64,000 nucleotides of DNA from an uncultured Gammaproteobacteria bacterium (GTDB lineage: Bacteria > Pseudomonadota > Gammaproteobacteria > Eutrophobiales > Eutrophobiaceae). The position numbers and the translations under genes were made by a program. Location: NCBI GenBank assembly GCA_943788815.1, contig CALSRS010000001.1, positions 900,069-964,068 on the forward strand, given 5' to 3'. Positions 1 through 9,100 of the stretch are shown piece after piece; the first letter of the stretch is position 1, and each line of letters starts with the position of its first letter. The notes below the pieces were generated by a model that was not told the origin of the DNA, searched no databases, and saw nothing but the letters and a program-made list of their open reading frames with translations.

Positions 1-880
1 ATAATGTATTGAATGCAACGCTACGTAAAATCCCAGGCTCAGTATTAACCCAGACCCACATGGCTATTGCCGCAATCAATGCCTCAACCATAATTCCTGC
101 GGCCGCTACCAACATGCGCTGATGTTTATTTCGAAATGAAGCTGAAGATGAGGCGTCAACATACGGAACAGGCATAAAAATCAGGAACATTACCCCCATC
201 TCATGCACTTCCCCTCCCCAACGTTTAACCGCATAGGCATGACCGAACTCATGTACCAGTTTGACAATGGGATAGATTAACCAGATTAGAAAAAGATTTT
301 CCGTGGCCAGAATACGATCGGCAAGATTTTCGGTCAGTTGTGGCCAATGGTAAGCTGCCTGAGACAAAGCCCAGAGGATAAAAACCAGCCAGATCACCGC
401 CATGACCGGGTTATAAATCCATTTGCTGAACCCAGCAGTGCGGTTCAGAAAAGCTTCCGGATCAAGTAAAGGAAATTTGACGGCAAGCGGAGATTTAATG
501 ACTGACCAGAACTTGGTTTTTCTGGCCTTTTCACGTCGTTCATTTAATTCCAGAACATCAGGGGGCATATCCGTCTGAATAACATCAACACGATGTAATT
601 GGGATAAAAGTTTGATTACCTCATCCTGTGAGGGCATATCATCACCGAGTTGCTCACCGGCACAATGCCAGATATCTTCAAGTGAACGCTGTCCATTCAT
701 TAAACCAATTAACGAATATGCTTCGTCATTGAAACGATGAAATCGACCTGTAGCATCGTCTTGAATTACATACCAGACATCACCACGGTAGACATGACGG
801 TTAATCTCAACATGAGAACGTAATTTGGGTTTAAGATTGGCAACCCGATACCAGGATTCACTAAATAGTGAAACTGACAA
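1..880 (-). CDS. Peptidase M50 (site-2 protease family) membrane metalloprotease. Only the N-terminal ~293 codons are in the window; the gene continues beyond the window start. Probable TTG start at 878-880, directly after the TAA of the upstream gene.
   Basis: My own reverse-complement translation (this ORF is not in the supplied track because it has no stop in the window). It reads ...WYRVANLKPKLRSHVEINRHVYRGDVWYVIQDDATGRFHRFNDEAYSLIGLMNGQRSLEDIWHCAGEQLGDD...IWLIYPIVKLVHEFGHAYAVKRWGGEVHEMGVMFLIFMPVPYVD... The HExxH zinc motif (HEFGH, nt 236-262) lies inside a hydrophobic helix, as in M50 proteases. The ~60-aa N-terminal segment resembles a PqqD/RRE-like peptide-binding fold (…A..L..L.DG.R(S/T)L..IW…DV…L..L….VI…). 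It sits in the same frame immediately after the TAA stop at 881-883, which suggests translational coupling. Confidence 0.6.
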   Translation of the reverse strand, partial: MSVSLFSESWYRVANLKPKLRSHVEINRHVYRGDVWYVIQDDATGRFHRFNDEAYSLIGLMNGQRSLEDIWHCAGEQLGDDMPSQDEVIKLLSQLHRVDVIQTDMPPDVLELNERREKARKTKFWSVIKSPLAVKFPLLDPEAFLNRTAGFSKWIYNPVMAVIWLVFILWALSQAAYHWPQLTENLADRILATENLFLIWLIYPIVKLVHEFGHAYAVKRWGGEVHEMGVMFLIFMPVPYVDASSSASFRNKHQRMLVAAAGIMVEALIAAIAMWVWVNTEPGILRSVAFNTL

Positions 881-2707
881 TTATGGCCACCATTCCCACA
901 GTTTCAATTTAATCCACTGTTGCAGTGGATAGGTCCAGATCCAGATAAGCTTACGTTCGTCTACCTCGATCTTACCCACGCCTTCCATCCCTGGCCGCAA
1001 CTGTAAAATTGATTCACTTAAGGTCGCCTCGACACGAAAATAATTTCCGCCATCACGGGCCTCGGTTACCGGAGTAACCTGGGTAACAATAAAGTCAAAG
1101 GTATATTCAGGTAAAGAGTTAAGAATGAGACTGCCCTGCAACTGTTCTTCGATTTCAGACATTCTATGTTCATCTACCCAGAGAATGATGCGATATTTAT
1201 CAAGTGGCGCGACCTCAAACAACACCTCGCCCTGCTCTACCGCACTGCCCAATCGCTGACTCAACTCACCACTGACAACGAGACCATCGAACGGTGCAAG
1301 CAGACGGGTCCTTGATAGTTGACTTGAAATAAGTTCTAGTTGCGCATTGTTCTGCTCGAGCTGGGCCTGGATAACTTTTGCTTCGGACCGGTTCTGCTCG
1401 GCAACAGCACTCTCATACTGGCTTTGGAGTTTGGCTTGCTCACTCATAGAACCGAGTTTTTCCAAAGTCAGATCCCTGTCATCAAGGTTAGACATAATTT
1501 GCCCTTCGGTGACATGTTCTCCAGCCCTGACATTAGCAGATTCTAGATAACCATCAAATGGCGCAACAATGGCGCGGCGGATTGACGGCTCCAGGATACT
1601 GTCAGCGGCAACTCTATAAGTTCCGGTTGCAAAGTTAAAAAATACAACGAGGGTAAGCAGGCAGATGAGTGCTAGTTTTCGTCCGAGATAACCTTTACCT
1701 ATTATCCTTTGTAGTTGTTCCACAGTGGCAGTATATAAATGGAGATACCAGGATTTATCCTGCAAATATTTTGTGCGCAGGGCCTCGCCTGAGAGTGCGA
1801 CTATACTCTGAATCTGATCAACTTCATGTTCTAGAAAAGGTTTCTCGGAATCACGTTCCAGGGTAACCGCGGCAAAATATTCTTCACCTGAATGAAGTGG
1901 AATAGAAAGTAAACTGGCATTCCCATATGAGAGTGAAAATTGAGCATGCTCCCTGTCCACCAGTAATTTATTATCATGTTCACTATTGGGGTAATTGATG
2001 ATTCCACGCTGAACAACGGCTTCATCCATTACTCCAGCAAGACGACGAATCAAATTCATCTTTTTGCCAAATTGCGCACTATGAGAAAGAGCAGCTACTT
2101 CGATTTTCAAGCCTTTATTCATGCCAATACTTACTCGTTCACAATCGAACGCAGAGGTAAGTTTATTAACGAATGTCATGGAGGCACTATTAAATCCAGT
2201 TTCTGCAAGTACAGCGCCCAATAATTCCACTGCACCAGACAACCTATCAAGTTGAGTATTTTTCTCTTTGCCATCATGACGTCGCAAAAAGAGTTCTATC
2301 CAGGCACTACCCCACTGTATTTGTTCCATGATCCTGGGTAATGCTGATTGTGGTACGCGGACAGAAAGCGCGACAACACCTTTTAACTCGTTATCAAGCC
2401 GGATGGGAAAAGCTACACCATACATACCCGAACCAAGAGAATGAACAAGACCTGCGGCTTCTTCAATTGATTCCTCTAGCAGGGAAGTCAGACTAGTAGC
2501 GGGTTGGGTCTTTTCAGGCCACAGGGCCGCAGGTTGAAAACCTGATTCACCATTATCCAGAACCAATATAGCCTGACTGATGCTATCAAGCCGAATACAG
2601 ATTAATTCAAGCCAAAACTGGCAATATTCCTCATAGCTTGATGCAGCGGAAAAGTTGACCCAGACCTCACGCAAGCTGTTCTGGGTATCATCGGAATCAA
2701 TTTGCAT
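881..2707 (-). CDS. HlyD-family periplasmic adaptor (membrane fusion protein) with a ~320-aa N-terminal cytoplasmic extension predicted to contain tandem GAF-like sensor domains.
   Basis: 608-aa ORF. A single TM segment (LALICLLTLVVFFNFATGTY, aa ~325-345) is followed by a typical MFP periplasmic region. That region has a lipoyl-like hairpin (VAPFDGYLESANVRAGEHVTEGQIM…LLAPFDGLVVSGELSQRLGSAVEQGEVLFEVAP), a short coiled coil and a beta-barrel tail. The N-terminal 320 aa are hydrophilic with two alpha/beta repeats (e.g. …AILVLDNGESGF…GVVALSVR… and …ERVSIGMNKGLKIEVAAL…), consistent with GAF. The annotated ATG at 2705-2707 has no Shine-Dalgarno sequence (the upstream mRNA is CUUAUUCCUUCCUUGUU), so the true start may differ. 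Confidence 0.7.
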   Translation of the reverse strand: MQIDSDDTQNSLREVWVNFSAASSYEEYCQFWLELICIRLDSISQAILVLDNGESGFQPAALWPEKTQPATSLTSLLEESIEEAAGLVHSLGSGMYGVAFPIRLDNELKGVVALSVRVPQSALPRIMEQIQWGSAWIELFLRRHDGKEKNTQLDRLSGAVELLGAVLAETGFNSASMTFVNKLTSAFDCERVSIGMNKGLKIEVAALSHSAQFGKKMNLIRRLAGVMDEAVVQRGIINYPNSEHDNKLLVDREHAQFSLSYGNASLLSIPLHSGEEYFAAVTLERDSEKPFLEHEVDQIQSIVALSGEALRTKYLQDKSWYLHLYTATVEQLQRIIGKGYLGRKLALICLLTLVVFFNFATGTYRVAADSILEPSIRRAIVAPFDGYLESANVRAGEHVTEGQIMSNLDDRDLTLEKLGSMSEQAKLQSQYESAVAEQNRSEAKVIQAQLEQNNAQLELISSQLSRTRLLAPFDGLVVSGELSQRLGSAVEQGEVLFEVAPLDKYRIILWVDEHRMSEIEEQLQGSLILNSLPEYTFDFIVTQVTPVTEARDGGNYFRVEATLSESILQLRPGMEGVGKIEVDERKLIWIWTYPLQQWIKLKLWEWWP

Positions 2708-2816
2708 AACAAGGAAGGAATAAGATTACTGAGTTAGATTGAAACATTCAGATATAACTGAATATTTTAAACTTGCTACTAAATAACTTTATCAACTCTG
2801 ATGATAGCCACTATAG

Positions 2817-3134
2817 CTACTCTCCAGTTGTAATCCCGCTGATCTGACCATAGCGTTCTTCATATTGATCCAGGACATTACTTAGTAATATTGACAAGCG
2901 CTTGGCAGCATATGGACTGACGAGAATACGGTCTGAGAGTTCTATCGAAACTTCTTTTTGCTGTGCATTCCAGGCCTGATTGAGACCAAAAAATAATGCG
3001 ATTTCTTCCCGAGTGCTGGCAACGTTACATACATTTGCATAAGTGCTCTTCATTTGCGAATCATCCCAATTTATCTTAGGGGGAGTATTAGTAGCAGCCG
3101 GCTTACTCGCCGTTGTGGTTTTTTTAGTGACCAT
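2817..3134 (-). CDS. Small conserved hypothetical protein, DUF3467-like, translationally coupled to the giant gene.
   Basis: 105 aa. It has a good SD (AAGGA) 7-8 nt upstream of the ATG and starts only 14 nt after the giant gene's stop codon. The motifs …INWDDSQMKSTYANVCNVASTREEIALFFG… and the C-terminal …AAKRLSILLSNVLDQYEERYGQI match my recollection of the DUF3467 family. The family assignment is from memory, not from a search. Confidence 0.45.
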   Translation of the reverse strand: MVTKKTTTASKPAATNTPPKINWDDSQMKSTYANVCNVASTREEIALFFGLNQAWNAQQKEVSIELSDRILVSPYAAKRLSILLSNVLDQYEERYGQISGITTGE

Positions 3135-3148
3135 TATTTTTCCTTATA

Positions 3149-6100
3149 TTAATTTAACCTGATTCTTTTAAGTGCATTTTCCCACTCACTATGAGACACG
3201 AGCACATCATCTTCATCTCCTAAAAAACACTGACTGTTTTCATCCCAGTACCTGACTTTTCGCTGTTTATGATGCAACTTATCGATGCCTTTTTGATCTA
3301 TTCGTATATTACCTTTACGCTCGCCATTTGTCAGTTTCCAACCAGTTAATCCTGCAAGAAGAGCGGACTCTATCACTATACTATCAGAGTACTCCGCCAT
3401 ATTATCATCGGCAATAACTAAACCTTGTTGATCTTGAGCAGGTAGCATAAAGGTTGTACCTTCTGTATTAAGATCGTTCCTGTTCGCGCCAGCCGACTCA
3501 TCTTCTTGAGCATCAGTTTCTTCTTCTGGCACACCTGGCTCTGAGTCTTCAATTTCAGATGGATCCTGAATATTGGTAGTTTCTGTTGCTGTCTCGAGTT
3601 CCTGATTTTCTGTTTCATCTGGACCCTCTTGCTGAATATCAGGCCCGCCTTCTACTTCATTAAGTTGCTGATTTTCAGTTTCATCGCTATTTAACCTTGT
3701 CTCATCTACATTTATATACTCATAAGAATGCGTGTCGATAAAGCTCTGATATTCAATAATTCCTTCTCTGGAATAAATTGTCCCTGTGTCTTCATCAATT
3801 TCTTCCGGAACATCAGGCAAGTTCAGCGGGGCAAGAAGATTACCTACGGCTTCATTCTCTTCTTCCTTATTTTCATATAGTCCAGATGTGGTTGCAGCCA
3901 ATAAATCCAGAGAGCCTTGTGCAAGGTAAGTAATAGCAATTACTTCACCATCATCTTCGTTCTGAGTAAGATACGCATATTCACCAGACAATATGTCATC
4001 CGATAATACTGCATTAAATAAATCATTACCAAAGCCGCCAAACATACTGTCATTACCATCTCCACCATCGAGAACATCATCATCACCTATAAACAACTCC
4101 GTTGTTTCTGAAATAACCAGCTGGCCATTAATAAAGGTTGCCCTACCGCCGTCACCAGAAATAAAATCACTGCCTTCATCACCATATAGCTCGTCAGCTG
4201 CTGCGCCACCAATAATTACATCATCATCTTCACCACCATGGACCTCATCCTCGCCACCATTATCTGAGAAAAGACTCTCAACCATATCTAGTGTGTTGGG
4301 ATCGGAATCTGTTAAATTAAAGACAGCGATGCCAAGATCGCCAATCACTATATCCTTACCTGCGCCGGTAAATACTAATTCATTCCCCAACCCACCGATG
4401 ACAAGGTCATTACCGGCACCGCTATCGATGGTGTCATCACCAGATGTTGTCAGGTTTGTGTCCGTCGTAAAATACTCATCCGCCAGACCATTGATATAAT
4501 CGGCAATACCATTATCACCAAAGATAATGTTATCACCGTCTGCGATGGTTACCTGATCATCACCAACACCTGCAAATACCAGGTTATTTCCACCACTTAC
4601 AGAGATGATATCATCTCCGCCCAGGGCACTTAATTCGCTTTCAACCTGGACGCGTTCACCACTACTGCCATATCTGACTGTGCCATTATCACCCAAATAA
4701 ATACTGTTACCAGCGCCAGATTCTATGGTGTCGGCACCACCCCCACCGATCACAACTTTATCGCCATCGCCCATAGTTACATTATCATTACCACCTATAT
4801 TACTTTCGGTATTAAAAATAGTGCTCTTGATCCCCGCTGTCCACTGAATCTCGCCGTTATCCCCCATTACATAATCCGTACTGTCTCCGGTATCAATGTC
4901 ATCACCGCCCACACCACCAATCACCACATTTACATCCGTGGCACTGGCACCGCCCAGCGTCAGAGTGTCTGCACCACCAGCAGTGCTGGTGCTCTTCGCC
5001 ACTTCCAATATGTTATTGGCGTCATATCCAATCTCACCCTCATCACCCACCACATAACGTGTGCCCACACTGCTCAGCGTCGTCGTCACCGTGTCCTCAC
5101 CCAGTCCAGCTATTACCACCTTGTCACCACTGCCAAGGGTAATACTGTCATTGCCACCGGCCTCACCCAGATAACTCTGCATGTTAATCAACTGCTCAGA
5201 ACCCGCAGGTCCTGTATACGTCATCACACCGTTATCGCCCACAACATGGTCGGTACTCGTCGCCGCCACTACCGTAATCGTGTCGTCATCACTGCCACCA
5301 ATTACCTGGTTCACATCCCCCGACAAGGTGATCGTGTCCTGGCCACCATCAGCATTGGCCGTGCTCTTCACCGTGCGCAACGCGCCAGTCGCATAAACGA
5401 TCTCGCCGTTGTCTCCAATCACACGGTGTATGCCAGACGTCCCGGTGTCCACCGTGTCATCCGCCATACCGGCTATCACCGTCTTCGAGCCATTACCCAG
5501 GTCAATATCATCATTGCCGCCAAACGCACTGTTGAGGCTCACCATGCTATCGATAATGCCACCCGTCCACTGAATCTCGCCGTTATCCCCCATTACATAA
5601 TCCGTACTGTCTCCGGTATCAATGTCATCACCGCCCACACCACCAATCACCACATTTACATCCGTGGCACTGGCACCGCCCAGCGTCAGAGTGTCTGCAC
5701 CACCAGCAGTGCTGGTGCTCTTCGCCACTTCCAATATGTTATTGGCGTCATATCCAATCTCACCCTCATCACCCACCACATAACGTGTGCCCACACTGCT
5801 CAGCGTCGTCGTCACCGTGTCCTCACCCAGTCCAGCTATTACCACCTTGTCACCACTGCCAAGGGTAATACTGTCATTGCCACCGGCCTCACCCAGATAA
5901 CTCTGCAGGTTAATCAACTGCTCAGAACCCGCAGGTCCTGTATACGTCATCACACCGTTATCGCCCACAACATGGTCGGTACTCGTCGCCGCCACTACCG
6001 TAATCGTGTCGTCATCACTGCCACCAATTACCTGGTTCACATCCCCCGACAAGGTGATCGTGTCCTGGCCACCATCAGCATTGGCCGTGCTCTTCACCGT

Positions 6101-9100
6101 GCGCAACGCGCCAGTCGCATAAACGATCTCGCCGTTGTCTCCAATCACACGGTGTATGCCAGACGTCCCGGTGTCCACCGTGTCATCCGCCATACCGGCT
6201 ATCACCGTCTTCGAGCCATTACCCAGGTCAATATCATCATTGCCGCCAAACGCACTGTTGAGGCTCACCATGCTATCGATAATGCCACCCGTCCACTGAA
6301 TCTCGCCGTTATCCCCCATTACATAATCCGTACTGTCTCCGGTATCAATGTCATCACCGCCCACACCACCAATCACCACATTTACATCCGTGGCACTGGC
6401 ACCGCCCAGCGTCAGAGTGTCTGCACCACCAGCAGTGCTGGTGCTCTTCGCCACTTCCAATATGTTATTGGCGTCATATCCAATCTCACCCTCATCACCC
6501 ACCACATAACGTGTGCCCACACTGCTCAGCGTCGTCGTCACCGTGTCCTCACCCAGTCCAGCTATTACCACCTTGTCACCACTGCCAAGGGTAATACTGT
6601 CATTGCCACCGGCCTCACCCAGATAACTCTGCAGGTTAATCAACTGCTCAGAACCCGCAGGTCCTGTATACGTCATCACACCGTTATCGCCCACAACATG
6701 GTCGGTACTCGTCGCCGCCACTACCGTAATCGTGTCGTCATCACTGCCACCAATTACCTGGTTCACATCCCCCGACAAGGTGATCGTGTCCTGGCCACCA
6801 TCAGCATTGGCCGTGCTCTTCACCGTGCGCAACGCGCCAGTCGCATAAACGATCTCGCCGTTGTCTCCAATCACACGGTGTATGCCAGACGTCCCGGTGT
6901 CCACCGTGTCATCCGCCATACCGGCTATCACCGTCTTCGAGCCATTACCCAGGTCAATATCATCATTGCCGCCAAACGCACTGTTGAGGCTCACCATGCT
7001 ATCGATAATGCCACCCGTCCACTGAATCTCGCCGTTATCCCCCATTACATAATCCGTACTGTCTCCGGTATCAATGTCATCACCGCCCACACCACCAATC
7101 ACCACATTTACATCCGTGGCACTGGCACCGCCCAGCGTCAGAGTGTCTGCACCACCAGCAGTGCTGGTGCTCTTCGCCACTTCCAATATGTTATTGGCGT
7201 CATATCCAATCTCACCCTCATCACCCACCACATAACGTGTGCCCACACTGCTCAGCGTCGTCGTCACCGTGTCCTCACCCAGTCCAGCTATTACCACCTT
7301 GTCACCACTGCCAAGGGTAATACTGTCATTGCCACCGGCCTCACCCAGATAACTCTGCAGGTTGCTGAGTTTTTCTGCACCTGCAACACCTGAATAGGTC
7401 ACGATCCCCTGATCACCCAATATATGGTCGGTACCATTTGCACTGATGATCGTATCTATCCCGCCACCACCGAGAACGACATTATCCCCTTGACCAGCAA
7501 TGATCTGGTCATCACCCGGTAACACAGAGACCGTGGTCCTGGTCTGATACAGGACGTCTGTCAGTGTGACCTCACGGGCATCGAACACGGCTGGATTACT
7601 TTCTATGATGTGAGTGCCTGTCGTGGTGATCAGATCAACCGCACCATGGTCACCGAAAATAATATCGTTACTGAAATCAATTAACGGATCGGCATTAAGA
7701 ATTTCACCATAGAGATAGTCGTTACCATCGCCACCAAAAATAATGTCATCACCTGCATCGCCGTAGATGATATCGACACCGTCGCCGCCCTTGATAATAT
7801 CCTCATCATTCCCGCCCCGGATCCGTACCGCTAAATCTGCGGTGGAGGCATCGATAACATCGGCGCCAGCATTACCCCAGATCTGTATGCGGCGTTCTTC
7901 AATGGGTAGTAATAATAAATTATGTGCAGGCGCCAAAAGATTATCTGTGGCAGTGATAATGATATCGTCATTACCTTCATTGGCATATAACTCTGTAATG
8001 GTAATGCCGGTCATCTCAATACTGCTCACGGTAATGGTATCGTCACCCTTACCGGCCCATACCACCAGGCCATTGTTAAAATCCCCACCCGCGGCATCAT
8101 AATTAATCGTGCCAACGGCCAGACCGCTGATACTGCCGTCTGACATCTGTGCATTTTTAGCTACGGTGTTATCAAAATCACTGATAAAGAGGGCGTTATT
8201 ACCGACGCCAGCATCAATGTTCAACTCACCCTGTACACCATCGAGATTCCCGTCGGCAAGTAACTGGTTAACAAAATAACCATCGGCAGTGGAGCTAACA
8301 TGGAATTGCTCGTCACCCACACCGGTATTAATGTTGGTGACGGTATTAAGGCTAGTGGCCTGGACATTAATAGTGTCAGTTCCGCTCCCCGTGTTGATAG
8401 TAAGGGTGTCAATTCCATAATAGTTAATGCCATCAGTCCGGGTTGCCAGTTCAGTATCACCAACAATGTCATTGATATCTGTGGCCAGGATACTGTAACC
8501 GGCATATTCACCCTGGAAGGTAAAGATAAAATCATTATCGGCTTTGACTACCGAGAAGTTATCCGTCTCAGGGTAGAATTGACGGCGTTCCTGGGTATTA
8601 TTCGGATTAAACAGGTAGTTGAGTTCGTCAAACCAGGTATCTGCATCAGCGGGATTTGCCTTAAGTTGCGGGATATCGCCGGCGCTGAAAGTCACGGACC
8701 CAACCGGAATGCCGGTGTGGTCAAGGTCACCTGGTGCGTAAACTGTTAAAACTATATTTCCACTTCCTACACTGATGGTTTGTACGGTATTTAATTCTGG
8801 TGTAGTAGTACCTTCTGTCAGGTAATTCACCCTGGCCCGTGGTGCGAATGGTGTTGTATCCGATATGGTCAGGTCGCGATGCTGGGCTTCCAGGTCAGTA
8901 AAATCTACCGTGCCGGTAGTGTAATCAACAACATATGTCCTGATTCCGCTATTAATACTCAAATTAACATTAATATTTACATCGTCTTCAATCAGTAATA
9001 ATTGTGCGACCGCTACCTTCATGTCGGCATCAGAAGCGGTAGATTCCAACACAACCTGATCGGATATTGCCCCGTCATCCCCCCTGGCCAATAACACGTA

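Noticed and set aside
1340-2224. Small plus-strand ORFs opposite the HlyD-family gene
   Set aside because: Antisense to a well-supported 608-aa MFP ORF. No motifs.
880-2707. Calling the MFP the classical HlyD of a HlyB/HlyD/TolC exporter
   Set aside because: Its periplasmic coiled coil is short (bacteriocin/peptide-exporter type), it carries a long GAF-like cytoplasmic extension, and the adjacent gene is an M50 protease rather than an ABC transporter. It is kept as an HlyD-family adaptor of unclear partnership.
4838-7363. Possibility that the 726-bp repeats are a CRISPR array or a satellite
   Set aside because: The unit is far too long and has no spacer-repeat alternation. The repeats are in-frame coding sequence of the giant protein.
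5246-7393. 715-aa plus-strand ORF with a perfectly triplicated protein sequence
   Set aside because: It is antisense to the giant minus-strand gene. It exists only because the 726-bp in-frame tandem repeat happens to be stop-free on the opposite strand. It has no RBS or independent evidence.
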